64,000 nt of DNA from Chloroflexota bacterium (GCA_026707145.1 JAPOXK010000010.1:10849-74848); one strand, 5' to 3'; shown: positions 17,722 through 27,695, counted from the first letter of the stretch. Notes: generated from the sequence alone by a model not told the origin. Made by a program: numbers and translations.

Positions 17722-18123
17722 ATGTCTCTCAGCACCGAAGACCGACAAGCCATACTCGACCTCGCCGCCCGCTATAACCAGGCCATCGATAGCGCCGATG
17801 TTGATGGTTGGATCGCTTGCTGGACCCCGGACGCCCACTTCGACCCGCCGGGCAGGGCCGTGTTCGACGGCCCGGATGGCCTCCGGCAGTTTGCCGAAGG
17901 GCACATCGCCCAGTTCCCGAATACCCGGCACTGGAACGCCAATCATGTGATCGAGGGAGACGGCGAGAGCGCCACGATGTCGTGCTATCTCAACTTCTTC
18001 GGCGTGAAGGGCGGTCCCAAGCTGCTTGCGGCCGGGACCTATCAGGACACGCTGCGCAAGGTCGATGGCGCATGGCTGTTCGCGACGCGCAAGGTGATGA
18101 TCGACCGCGCACCGGACGGCTAG
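17722..18123 (+). CDS. SnoaL-like / NTF2 family protein
   Basis: EDRQAI.DL.ARY...D, RH, GTYQDTLRKVDGAWLF. Confidence 0.85.
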   Translation: MSLSTEDRQAILDLAARYNQAIDSADVDGWIACWTPDAHFDPPGRAVFDGPDGLRQFAEGHIAQFPNTRHWNANHVIEGDGESATMSCYLNFFGVKGGPKLLAAGTYQDTLRKVDGAWLFATRKVMIDRAPDG

Positions 18124-18128
18124 GCGCG

Positions 18129-18560
18129 ATGCCTCTCACCGTGGCCGACAAGCTGGAGATCCTGGATCTCGTGGGCCGTTACTGCCAGGCGGTCGATGCG
18201 GGGGATGGCCCCGGCTACGCCGATACGTACGTTTCGGACGGGACGTTCGAGATGCCCGTCGGCCGCGTCGAGGGACGCGAGGCCTTGATCGAGATGGTCG
18301 CGGTCATTCAGGCTGCCATGCCCGGAGTCCGCCACATGTCCAGCAACTGGGTCATTGAGGGCGACGGGGACCTAGCGACGATGCGCTGCTACATGTTGAT
18401 CAAGGTCCACGATCCCGACAGCGGTGGCCAGAAGACACCGCAGCCGAAGTTGGTGGCCACAGGGATTTACGACGATAAGCTGCGCCGGGTCGAGGGCGCT
18501 TGGAAGTTCGTCTCCCGCAAGATCAACGTCGAGTGCTGGAACTGGCCTGACTGGCCGTAG
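18129..18560 (+). CDS. SnoaL-like / NTF2 family protein (paralog)
   Basis: DKLEI.DL.GRY...D, RH, GIYDDKLRRVEGAWKF. Confidence 0.85.
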   Translation: MPLTVADKLEILDLVGRYCQAVDAGDGPGYADTYVSDGTFEMPVGRVEGREALIEMVAVIQAAMPGVRHMSSNWVIEGDGDLATMRCYMLIKVHDPDSGGQKTPQPKLVATGIYDDKLRRVEGAWKFVSRKINVECWNWPDWP

Positions 18561-18573
18561 CAGGCCGGTGGCG

Positions 18574-20004
18574 CTAGGCGCCGTCGTCGGGCGCTGGCGC
18601 CTCGCTCCCGCTGTCGCCCTCGGCCGGCGGCTCCTCGGTCGGCGCTGCTTCTACTGCCGGCTGGGGGGGCACGGCCTCCACCGAAAAGGCGACCGGGATA
18701 TCCAGTACGGCACCGACCGTGATCTGGTTCGTGTTCGTGATGCCGTTGAGAACGGCGATCGCCTCCACCGAGGTGCCGAACTCCTGAGCCAGCACCGAGA
18801 GAGAGTCGCCATCCTGTACCGTCCATGGAATTTTGTTGGGCCAAGCCAGCACCGCCTCCACCACCTCAGGCGGCAGGGACGCGATCGTGGCGCCGAACGG
18901 GTCGATGGGCGCGGCCGGTGTCGGCTCCACGGGCGCTTCTGATATCTCGGGTTCGGACAGCTCCAGAGCGAACCCGATGGGGACATTGAGCACCTGTCCT
19001 TCGAAGATCTTTCCAGGATCATCGAGCTGGTTGTAGATCGCGATCGCCTCGATCGTCGTCCCGAACTCCCGGGCGATCGCCGCCACCGAGTCCCCACTGC
19101 TTACGGTCCATTTCTGGATGACCGGCCACGCCTCCAATTGCTCGAGGGGGGTGAACTGCTCCTCCGCGGTGACTGCGGCGGCCGGCGTGGCGGCGTCCAC
19201 ATCCGCTGTGTCGGCGGGCGCTACCTCCTCCGTGCTGCTGCCTTCGTCGGCGGGCTCCTGCGCCGCCGCCACGCTCTCGGCGGCTGGGGATGGATCGTCA
19301 GCGGGGGCCGTGGCGTCGATGGCGCTGGTTTCGTCCACCGTTGCAACGATCCCGAGGCTCTCCTCGTCGTCGCTCATCAGTGCGACCACGGTTCCCAGCA
19401 CGGCGGGGACGAGCACCACGAACAGTCCCAGAAGGACCCACTGCAGGTTCGTCGCCGGCAGAGGCACGCGGTTGCGGAAGCGGCGGCCGATGGCGGTCCA
19501 AGAGGGCGCGGGCCCCGGTGGCCGTTCGCGCTTGCCCGCGAAGACTTGGCAGGTGCGGAATTGGGATTGATCGCCGATGCAGAACATCGTCTGATAGCGT
19601 TTGTGGATAGCGGCGTCCGCGCCGGTGCGCGTGCAGACATGGTCCTCGCGTGCGTAGGCTGCTGCGGTCGCGGAGTCGTCACGTAGGGCGAGATAGGGGC
19701 AGATCGTTGACGGGGTGGGGATCGTGTAGGGCTCTTCGTCCGCCTCTGCGCGTTCAATAACGGATGGTTGCTGTTCGAACGGCGCGATCGGGGGTGGCGG
19801 GACGGGCAACGCTGTCTCGTGTGCGGACGGCGTTTCCGTTGCAGCGGTTGTCCCCACCGCGTCGGCGGGTGAGTCGTTTGCCTGTGGGGACTCGGGTGGT
19901 GCTTCCGGTGCCTGAGGCGGCAGCGGCGGAGGCGGGTCGGGCTGGCCGTTAGCGATCTCTGGGGACAAGCCGCACCTCGTTGCCCCGCCCCAACTATTGT
20001 GCAT
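18574..20004 (-). CDS. Membrane protein with N-terminal Cys4 domain and two C-terminal LysM domains
   Basis: CPYL..(C)..(C)..(C) cluster, one TM helix, two WTVxxGDS.xxxAxEFGT..EAI LysM repeats; start uncertain. Confidence 0.78.
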   Translation of the reverse strand: MHNSWGGATRCGLSPEIANGQPDPPPPLPPQAPEAPPESPQANDSPADAVGTTAATETPSAHETALPVPPPPIAPFEQQPSVIERAEADEEPYTIPTPSTICPYLALRDDSATAAAYAREDHVCTRTGADAAIHKRYQTMFCIGDQSQFRTCQVFAGKRERPPGPAPSWTAIGRRFRNRVPLPATNLQWVLLGLFVVLVPAVLGTVVALMSDDEESLGIVATVDETSAIDATAPADDPSPAAESVAAAQEPADEGSSTEEVAPADTADVDAATPAAAVTAEEQFTPLEQLEAWPVIQKWTVSSGDSVAAIAREFGTTIEAIAIYNQLDDPGKIFEGQVLNVPIGFALELSEPEISEAPVEPTPAAPIDPFGATIASLPPEVVEAVLAWPNKIPWTVQDGDSLSVLAQEFGTSVEAIAVLNGITNTNQITVGAVLDIPVAFSVEAVPPQPAVEAAPTEEPPAEGDSGSEAPAPDDGA

Positions 20005-20148
20005 CTCCTATCCCTACCCGGCAACTGCGGGCTGTCTGCTGGTGCGATACGGGCCGGGTGTCTTGTTGCCGCCTTTCCCTTTCCTTGCACCGCGGTGCGG
20101 CTCGTCGTACAGTGCCTGTCTTGCGTACCCGGTTCGGGAGCGCTGGCG

Positions 20149-21921
20149 GTGAGCGGGGATAGTTCGGGTGCTGCCATCCGCTGGCTGATCCTGTTCCTGT
20201 CAGCTCGACGTTCGGCGCGCTGGCTCGGCGCGCTGGTCGTGTTCGCGGGGCTAGCTGCCCACGCTTCTTTCGCTCCGCCCTCGATCGCCGCCGACACGTA
20301 CGAGGTCCAGCCTGGTGACAGCGCTTCGGCGATCGCCGAGCGTCTCGGAGTGCCGACCCACCTGCTCCTCGCTCTGAATCCCCAGATTGAATCTCCCAAC
20401 TTGCTGTTCGCGGGCCAGATCCTTACCGTCCCGGACGGATACGGGTTGCCCGAGGGATCCACCCTACCCGCCGCTGCCCGACTGGTGCACACGGTGCAGG
20501 AGGGGGACACGCTCAGCGTGATCGCGGATCGCTACGGCGTCTCGACGGCCGATCTGTTGTTGCTCAACCCCGGGTTGGATCCAGACCTGATCGCCATCGG
20601 TGCCCAGATCGTCGTGCTCTCCGAGGGCGGCGCCCCTGTGGTTACTGGTCCGGCTCCGCCGCTTGCCGTCGATCCCGATCCGGCGGGCGTCTCCTACCGT
20701 GTGCAGCCCGGCGACACGTACAGTGCGATCGCGGCGCGGTTCGGCCTCAGCCCAGCGGAGCTGTTCGCGCTCAACCCCACCATGCCGCCTACCGACGTTC
20801 TCTTTGTGGGCGACTCGCTCTTGGTGCCTGCGGCCGCCGTACCGGAGCCTCCCGCAGGCGATCCACTGCAGGCGCCGCGCACCGTTTACGTTGTGCAGCC
20901 CGGCGACACGGCGCTCGCGCTGGCGGAGCTGTACGGCATGACCTTGGCGGAGCTGCTTGTTCTCAATCCGGGCCTCGCCCCTGATCTGCTCAGCATCGGC
21001 CAAGCCCTCATCGTTCCGGACACTGTGCCGCATGCGGCTATTGTCGGAGCGAACGCGGGAGCACTCACGGTTTACACAATCCAGGCGGGCGACACGCTTA
21101 GTGAGATCGCGGATCGTGGAGGGTTTTCCGTCGACTCGCTGCTGGCGGTCAATCCCGGCATCGACCCGGACTTGATCACCCTCGGCGCCACGCTCTTCCT
21201 GCCCGTCCCCCCGCCTCCTCCGATCAGCTATTCGACGGTCGTCGTCGAGGCCAGCGATTTTCCCGAGTACGTCGCGGCGGATATCGGCGTTCTGCCGGAG
21301 ACACTCTTTGCGAACAATCCCGGACTCGACCCGGCCGGGATCATCGTTGCCGGAACAGTGTTGACTGTTCCCGATGTCGAGGGCGTCATCGTCACGGTGC
21401 AGCCGGGAGACACGCTCGCTGCGATTGCGGCCATCCAGGGCTCTACGGTTGATGCGATCTTGGCCGACCCGCGCAATGTTGGGATCGACCCCACCGCATT
21501 GGTCGTCGGCCAGCAGATCGTCGTCCCGGTTGCAACGCCGTTTTTCGTTTGGCCGACGAACGGCGAGATCAGTGACTACTTCGGTGTCTGCCGCTGGGAG
21601 TGCGCGAGCCGACACAATGGCTTAGACCTCGCCACCACTGCGGGTTCCGATATCCGTGCGATCGCGGGAGGCATCGTTACATTCTCGGGCGGGTCGGTTT
21701 GTTGCGGGCTCGGACTCTATGTGGAGATCGATCACGGCAATGGCTGGATCAGCCGCTATGGCCATCTCGCGTATCTTGGCACCGTCGTCGCGGGACAGTT
21801 CGTCGCCCAGGGCGAGGTGATCGGCACGATCGGCTGTACGGGTCTCTGCACCGGTCCCCACCTGCACCTGGAGCTCGAGCACAACGGCTGGTTCCTGGAC
21901 CCGTTGAACTATCTGTCCTGA
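20149..21921 (+). CDS. Secreted peptidoglycan endopeptidase, about 7 LysM + M23
   Basis: Repeated YxVQPGDT LysM units; HNGLD, YGHL, TGPHLHLE; GTG with GGGAG RBS, signal-like segment. Confidence 0.88.
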   Translation: MSGDSSGAAIRWLILFLSARRSARWLGALVVFAGLAAHASFAPPSIAADTYEVQPGDSASAIAERLGVPTHLLLALNPQIESPNLLFAGQILTVPDGYGLPEGSTLPAAARLVHTVQEGDTLSVIADRYGVSTADLLLLNPGLDPDLIAIGAQIVVLSEGGAPVVTGPAPPLAVDPDPAGVSYRVQPGDTYSAIAARFGLSPAELFALNPTMPPTDVLFVGDSLLVPAAAVPEPPAGDPLQAPRTVYVVQPGDTALALAELYGMTLAELLVLNPGLAPDLLSIGQALIVPDTVPHAAIVGANAGALTVYTIQAGDTLSEIADRGGFSVDSLLAVNPGIDPDLITLGATLFLPVPPPPPISYSTVVVEASDFPEYVAADIGVLPETLFANNPGLDPAGIIVAGTVLTVPDVEGVIVTVQPGDTLAAIAAIQGSTVDAILADPRNVGIDPTALVVGQQIVVPVATPFFVWPTNGEISDYFGVCRWECASRHNGLDLATTAGSDIRAIAGGIVTFSGGSVCCGLGLYVEIDHGNGWISRYGHLAYLGTVVAGQFVAQGEVIGTIGCTGLCTGPHLHLELEHNGWFLDPLNYLS

Positions 21922-21930
21922 GGAACGGCG

Positions 21931-23652
21931 TTAGAAGCCTCGGTAACGGTTGGCGATCGGGAAACGGCGCTCCTTGCCGAAGGCCCGCGGGGTGATCTTG
22001 ATCCCCGGCGCTGCTTGTCGCCGTTTGTACTCCGCTGCCGTCACGAGCGACATCACCTGCCGGACCTCCTCTTCCGGGTGACCGTCCGCCACGATCTCCT
22101 CCAAGCTCCGATCTTCCTCTACGAACGCTTCAATAATGGGGTCGAGCCGCGCGTATGGCAGCAAGCCCTCTTCGTCGAGCTGTCCGGGTCGGAGCTCTGC
22201 GCTGGGGGGTTTCTCCAAGACCGAGCGGGGGATCAAGTCACGTCCCGCCTGCTCGTTCACGTAGCGGCTCAGCCGCTGCACCAACAGCTTGGGTACGTCC
22301 TGAAGTACCGCCAAGCCGCCTGTCATATCGCCGTACAGCGTGGTGTATCCCGTTGCCGTTTCGCTCTTGTTGCTCGTGCTTAAGGGGAGCCAGCCGAACT
22401 TATTACTCAGGGCCATCACCAGCGTTCCGCGGATCCGCGCCTGCAGGTTCTCCTCGGTAACGTCCGGCTCCGTGCCGTCGAACGACTCCTGCAGTGCGTC
22501 TAGCATGGCCTGGAAGGGCCCCTCTATGGGGATGGAGAGCAACCGGATTCCGAGGTTCTCCGCCAGTGCTCTGGCGTCCCGCACGCTGCCCTCCGACGAG
22601 TATCGCGACGGCATCGACACGCCGACGACGTTCTCCTCTCCCAGTGCGTCCACCGCGACGACGGCCGTGAGGCTCGAGTCGATGCCGCCGGATAGCGCAA
22701 CCACCGCTTTCTCAAAGCCGGTCTTATGCAGGTAGTCGCGCGTGCCGAGGACGAGCGCCGCGTAGATCTCCGCCTCTTCGCGTGGGCGCTGCGATAACAT
22801 GGGCGGAGGTAGCGGATCCCGAGGCGCGGTTGGGATCGAAACCCGTACTGCGCGTGAGCCGGGCGCGCCGAGGCGCCGGAGACGTGGATCGTGGAGTCGT
22901 ACCTGCAACACCGCGTCCGGATCGATGTCGACCGCCAGCATGGTTTCCTCGAACAGTGGCGCCGCCGCGATCAACTCACCTTGCGCGTTGTAGATCATGC
23001 TGCCGCCGTCGAAGACGAGTGCATCCTGTCCGCCGACGAGGTTGAGATAGCAGAGGGCCACTGCGTTGTCGGATGCTCGCGTCGCCAGCATCTTCTCGCG
23101 CTCGGCGCGCTTCCCGGCATGGAAAGGCGAGCCGTTGATGTTGACGATCACCTCGGCACCGGCAAGCGCTTGCTCGCGCACCGGGCCCGACGAATACCAG
23201 ATGTCCTCGCAGATGCTCAACCCGACCCGCGTCCCTGCGATCTCGAACACCGGCGCCTCTTCGCCTGCGCGGAAGCAGCGGCTCTCGTCGAAGACGCCGT
23301 AGGTGGGAAGGAACTGTTTGTGGTAGACGCCCTTCCGCTGGCCGTCGTGGAGGACGGCGGCGGCGTTGTAGGTATCGACGCCGAGGTCGATGAACCCGAC
23401 GATGGCCGTGACGTGCCGCCTTGCCGTCGCCTCTTGCACGCGTTCGAGTGCTGCGAGATTGTCGCGCACGAAGCGCCGCCGGAGCGCTAAATCCTCGGGC
23501 GGGTAGCCCGTGATCGCGAGTTCCGGGAAGGCGACGAGATCGGCTCCCTGGGCTTCCGCCGCCGCAATCTGCGCCGTGATCGCGCGCACGTTGCCGTCGA
23601 AGTCCCCGACTGTGCAGTTGATCTGCGCTAGTGCGACTCGGAAACGACGCAT
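21931..23652 (-). CDS. nadE: Glutamine-dependent NAD+ synthetase
   Basis: Nitrilase domain (FPEL..TGYPPED, ICEDIW) plus SGGIDS, ENLQARIRG, NKSE, PPSAELRPGQ. Confidence 0.96.
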   Translation of the reverse strand: MRRFRVALAQINCTVGDFDGNVRAITAQIAAAEAQGADLVAFPELAITGYPPEDLALRRRFVRDNLAALERVQEATARRHVTAIVGFIDLGVDTYNAAAVLHDGQRKGVYHKQFLPTYGVFDESRCFRAGEEAPVFEIAGTRVGLSICEDIWYSSGPVREQALAGAEVIVNINGSPFHAGKRAEREKMLATRASDNAVALCYLNLVGGQDALVFDGGSMIYNAQGELIAAAPLFEETMLAVDIDPDAVLQVRLHDPRLRRLGAPGSRAVRVSIPTAPRDPLPPPMLSQRPREEAEIYAALVLGTRDYLHKTGFEKAVVALSGGIDSSLTAVVAVDALGEENVVGVSMPSRYSSEGSVRDARALAENLGIRLLSIPIEGPFQAMLDALQESFDGTEPDVTEENLQARIRGTLVMALSNKFGWLPLSTSNKSETATGYTTLYGDMTGGLAVLQDVPKLLVQRLSRYVNEQAGRDLIPRSVLEKPPSAELRPGQLDEEGLLPYARLDPIIEAFVEEDRSLEEIVADGHPEEEVRQVMSLVTAAEYKRRQAAPGIKITPRAFGKERRFPIANRYRGF

Positions 23653-23686
23653 CGTACCTCACCGTTCCCGCTGGGACGCGCTATAG

Positions 23687-23711
23687 AGTTAGTGTCATCT
23701 ATACACTAACT
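23687..23711. promoter_or_regulatory. NrtR-type operator upstream of nadE
   Basis: Perfect inverted repeat AGTTAGTGT-CATCTAT-ACACTAACT with GT-N7-AC core, 35 nt upstream of nadE. Confidence 0.7.
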
Positions 23712-23807
23712 GTCTTCAACTCTACGAGCGGGCCGGTGGGGCGGTCAATCAACGGGACCGATACACTCGACGCGTTTGATGGCCAGTTGAATGGGTTACT
23801 GAGTACC

Positions 23808-24773
23808 GTGCAAGAAGCAAACACCGCCACGCAAGAGGCTGTGGTCGCTCTGGAGCGAGCCTGCTTCCGCTACGCAGGCGGTTACGGTGTCCGAGACATC
23901 ACCCTCGATCTCCCAGCCGGTGCCATCTTCGGGTTACTCGGTCCGAACGGAGCCGGGAAAAGCACCATCCTGAGCCTCGCCGCCGGCTCCCGCGCGCCCC
24001 AGGAGGGCGCCGTACGCGTTCTGGGTTCTTCCCTCGCCGAGAAAGGCAACGATCGCCTGCGCGCTCGTGTGGGCGTGCTGTTTCAGGATACGAGTCTCGA
24101 CCCGCTGATGTCGGTCCGCGAGACGCTGTGGCTGCATGGGCGTCTCTTCGGCTTGGCCGCTGGTGATCTGCACGCACGCATCGGCGAGCTGCTCGTTCTC
24201 ATCGGGCTGAGCGACCGAAGTTCCGACGCCATCGGGGCGCTCTCCGGCGGCATGCAGCGCCGGCTGGAGCTTGCACGGGCGATCCTGCATTGGCCCGATC
24301 TCCTCTTGCTCGACGAGCCGACGCTGGCCCTGGATCCGGATTCCAAGGTGGCCCTCTGGCAACTGCTGCAAAGCGTCAACGCACAAGGGACGGCGCTTCT
24401 CGTCGCAACGAACGATGTTGCCGAAGCGGAGCGCTACTGTCATACGGTCGCTTTTCTGGACGCCGGCCGCCTGGTTCGGAGCGGTACTCCGGCCGAACTC
24501 AAGCGCGGCCTGCGCCGTGATTCGGTTCGCGTGGAGTGGGCCGATCCTCCTGATGCGATCGAGGGCACTCTGTCGGCCTGGGAGGGCGTCGGCTCCGTGA
24601 CCCGCGCCGGTCCGCACCTCCACGCTACCGTCGACGATGCCTCCGTCTTTGTGCCACGGCTGTTCGCATTTGCTCAAGGCGGCATTCGCGCCGTCCAGAT
24701 CCACGAATCGACCTTGGAGGACGCCTACTTTCAGGCCGTCCGTCACCCCTTCGCTCCAAACGGCCGTGAGTAG
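23808..24773 (+). CDS. ABC-2 type exporter ATP-binding protein
   Basis: GPNGAGKST, LSGGMQRR, LLLDEPT; start uncertain. Confidence 0.88.
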   Translation: MQEANTATQEAVVALERACFRYAGGYGVRDITLDLPAGAIFGLLGPNGAGKSTILSLAAGSRAPQEGAVRVLGSSLAEKGNDRLRARVGVLFQDTSLDPLMSVRETLWLHGRLFGLAAGDLHARIGELLVLIGLSDRSSDAIGALSGGMQRRLELARAILHWPDLLLLDEPTLALDPDSKVALWQLLQSVNAQGTALLVATNDVAEAERYCHTVAFLDAGRLVRSGTPAELKRGLRRDSVRVEWADPPDAIEGTLSAWEGVGSVTRAGPHLHATVDDASVFVPRLFAFAQGGIRAVQIHESTLEDAYFQAVRHPFAPNGRE

Positions 24774-24827
24774 CTCTGCGGCCTACGGCGGCGGTGCGCC
24801 TACCGTCCTGACCGCTACCCTCGCCTG

Positions 24828-25694
24828 GTGATGACGACGCGCGCGATCTCGGCCACTGCTGCCACGGCGGAGCATTCGCCTGTCCGGAGACGCTCAGGGC
24901 CGCTGGCCGGCGCCGTCATCGCTTGCTGGGCGCTGCTCTGTCGCGATCTGCGCGTCGTCCTGCGATCGCGCTCTCAGCTCTACTCTTCGCTGCTGCTTCC
25001 CTTAATGTTGCTCGCCGTTTTGGGGATCGGCATCTCCGATGGGTTGGAGCCTTCCTCCTCCGTCATTCGCGATGGCGACTACGTCTCGTACCTTGCTGCG
25101 GGCATGATCGCGCTCACGGCCCTTTTCTCATCCACGTTCTCCAGCGCGTCGTTCTACCGTGACCGCGATAGCGGTATGTTGCGCACGGTCCTTGCCTCTC
25201 CCCACAGTCCTCGCACGATCTTCCTGGGGAAAGCGCTCGCCGCCATCGTGATCGGCTCGGTGCAGGCGCTCGTCCTCCTCGCGGTAGCCGTCGTGATCCC
25301 GGGGATCGATCTCGACTGGCAGTACGGCTGGTTGGGAGGCTTCGGCATGGTCATTGCTGCCGTGCTGCTGCTGAACTTGCTGCTTTCCGGTTTCGCCCTC
25401 GTCGTCGCTACCCGCATCCGGACCATGCAGGGCTTCCATCTGGTCATGAACTTGGTGCTCTTTCCTCTCTTTTTTCTCTCCGGTGCTTTCTTTCCTCTCG
25501 GCGATCTTCCTGGGTGGCTCTATGTCATTGGGCTCGCCAATCCGCTTAGCTACGCGGTGGACGCGCTCCAAGTAGCCGCTTATGCGGCCGACACGCGTGG
25601 CTTTATCGGCCCGGCTATCGACTTTGCGGTGCTCGGTGGTCTTGCCGTGGTCCTCTTTACGCTGGGACTCAAGCGCTCGCCGCAGGTCATCTGA
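24828..25694 (+). CDS. ABC-2 type exporter permease
   Basis: Six TM helices; PLFFLSGAFFP...LP.WL...NPLSYAVD motif. Confidence 0.88.
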   Translation: MMTTRAISATAATAEHSPVRRRSGPLAGAVIACWALLCRDLRVVLRSRSQLYSSLLLPLMLLAVLGIGISDGLEPSSSVIRDGDYVSYLAAGMIALTALFSSTFSSASFYRDRDSGMLRTVLASPHSPRTIFLGKALAAIVIGSVQALVLLAVAVVIPGIDLDWQYGWLGGFGMVIAAVLLLNLLLSGFALVVATRIRTMQGFHLVMNLVLFPLFFLSGAFFPLGDLPGWLYVIGLANPLSYAVDALQVAAYAADTRGFIGPAIDFAVLGGLAVVLFTLGLKRSPQVI

Positions 25695-25774
25695 TCCAGA
25701 CGATCTCCGTCGAGAACGGGGTGCATGCGGGTCCTGCGCGGTCAAGAAGAGCCGGACGGCGTTCCTTGGGGCCG

Positions 25775-26716
25775 CTAGAGGGCAGCGTCCACTCCGGCCA
25801 CGATGAATAGCACCGGAAGGTACGCGATCGAGGCAAAGAACACCGACATCGGCTGAACCCGCCCTCGCCACAAGAATCCCGCCATCCCTACGAAGCCCGC
25901 TCCAAGCGCCAGCGCCACTCCGAGGTAGAGCCAGCCCGCTCCGCTCAAGGGAAAAAGGAGAACCGACGCCGCCGTTAGTAGCAGGGCGTAGAGCAGAATC
26001 TGTCGTTTGGTCGTGGCCTCACCGCTGATTACCGGCAACATCGGCACTTGCGCGCGTGCGTAGTCGTCCTTGTAGCGCAGCGCCAAGGCCCAGAAGTGAG
26101 GCGGCGTCCAGAGGAAGATGATCAAGAAGAGGAGCAGCGGCGTAAGATCCAGATCGTTTCGTACCGCAGCCCAGCCAACCAGCGGCGGTATCGACCCGGC
26201 GGCGCCGCCGATGACGATGTTCTGCGGTGTCCAGCGCTTCAGCCAGATCGTGTAGACGAGCACGTAAAACGCTACGGCCCCAAGAGCCAATCCCGCGCTC
26301 AGGAGGTTGACCGTGAGTGCCAGTTGCACGCCTCCCACCGCGGCCAACGTGCTGCCGAAGAGCAGCGCGTGCCTGGGCGTCACCCGTCCCTGCGGGATGG
26401 GGCGGTTGCGGGTGCGATGCATCAGAGCGTCGATATCGCGGTCGAACCATTGGTTGAGCGCGTTGGCTCCACCGGACGTCAGCACGCCGCCGAGGAGCAC
26501 GAGCGCGACGAGATCGAGTCCTGGCCAGCCCTGCTCCGCCATAACCATCGCGGGCACCGTAGTGACTAACAGCAGCCAGATGATCCCCGGCTTGGCGAGC
26601 GTCGCGTAGGCACGCGCTATGAGCCACGCTTCGCGCGGCCAGGAGCGATTTTCGAGGGGGAAGGCCGTTGCGCGGCGTGCCGTTGGAGATGAGCGCAACG
26701 CTGGCTCGCTAGTCAC
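25775..26716 (-). CDS. ctaB: Heme O synthase (protoheme IX farnesyltransferase)
   Basis: NQWFDRDIDALMHRTRNRP, YTIWLKR.TPQNIVIGG, WTPPHFWALA motifs. Confidence 0.95.
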   Translation of the reverse strand: MTSEPALRSSPTARRATAFPLENRSWPREAWLIARAYATLAKPGIIWLLLVTTVPAMVMAEQGWPGLDLVALVLLGGVLTSGGANALNQWFDRDIDALMHRTRNRPIPQGRVTPRHALLFGSTLAAVGGVQLALTVNLLSAGLALGAVAFYVLVYTIWLKRWTPQNIVIGGAAGSIPPLVGWAAVRNDLDLTPLLLFLIIFLWTPPHFWALALRYKDDYARAQVPMLPVISGEATTKRQILLYALLLTAASVLLFPLSGAGWLYLGVALALGAGFVGMAGFLWRGRVQPMSVFFASIAYLPVLFIVAGVDAAL

Positions 26717-27695
26717 CCGAGTGGCTTCCTTCCGCCTTGACGCGCGAGCCGGCGCGGAGCGTGGGAAACGGCCGCTCCGAGCGGACATCCGGGACCCACC
26801 CGGCCCGGTACGCCCCAAGTGCTGTGAGCAGGATCACGACTATCCAGATCCACGAAGCGAGGACGACGTGCGCGACGCGCCAGCCCTCGGCCAGCGTGGT
26901 CCAGATGTTCGCGGCTCCCACCATTATCTGTGCGATGTAGAGTGCCGCCGCCAACAGCGACAGGCTTAGGAGCGCCCCTTGCTGTCGGCGTCCGGCCCAG
27001 GCCGAGCTGACGAGTGCTACTACGAGCAGCGCCACGAAGGCGGCGAGGTAGCGGTGCGCGACCTGGATGCTGGCCGTCCGGCCGCCTGGCAGCACCGAGT
27101 CGTTGCAGAGCGGCCACCCCGAGCAGGCGAAACCTGCGTCGGTGCCGGATACGTAGGCGCCCAGAAGGATCACGGACAGCAATCCGCCGGCGGTTGCCAG
27201 GGCCAGTCGGGTCGTGCGGGTCGTGTGCCTGGAGTTCGGCGGTCGGGGGCTGTCCCCTGTCCGTGCGAAGCTGGCGAGCAGGCCGAGCGTCAGCAACATC
27301 GCGATTAGCAAGGCCACTCCCAAGTGCGCCGTCACGATCTGCGCCGGCAGGTCTTCGGTCACGGTGAGCCCGCCGAGCACCACTTGAATCCCCAGCGCGA
27401 TCAGCGCGGCGGTGATGGGCCAGAGTACCCAGGGCCGTTCGCGGTATCGCACCCAGGTCGTGACGGCGAAGGCGAGGATGATCAGACCGACGACGCTCGC
27501 CACCAGCCGGTGGGTCCATTCGATCCAGACGTGGTAGTCGCCCGTGGGAATGACGCGTCCATGGCAGAGGGGCCAGTCCGGGCACGCGAGCCCGGAGTCG
27601 GTTACGCGCACCGTCGCGCCAAGCGCGATCAGCGCCAACACGCCGAGAAGGGTTGCGATCCCTAGTCTCTGATAGCCGCTGATGTGTTTCCTCAT
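26709..27695 (-). CDS. ctaA: Heme A synthase
   Basis: GLACPDWPLCHG, EWTHR and second ACSGWPLC motifs. Confidence 0.92.
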   Translation of the reverse strand: MRKHISGYQRLGIATLLGVLALIALGATVRVTDSGLACPDWPLCHGRVIPTGDYHVWIEWTHRLVASVVGLIILAFAVTTWVRYRERPWVLWPITAALIALGIQVVLGGLTVTEDLPAQIVTAHLGVALLIAMLLTLGLLASFARTGDSPRPPNSRHTTRTTRLALATAGGLLSVILLGAYVSGTDAGFACSGWPLCNDSVLPGGRTASIQVAHRYLAAFVALLVVALVSSAWAGRRQQGALLSLSLLAAALYIAQIMVGAANIWTTLAEGWRVAHVVLASWIWIVVILLTALGAYRAGWVPDVRSERPFPTLRAGSRVKAEGSHSGD

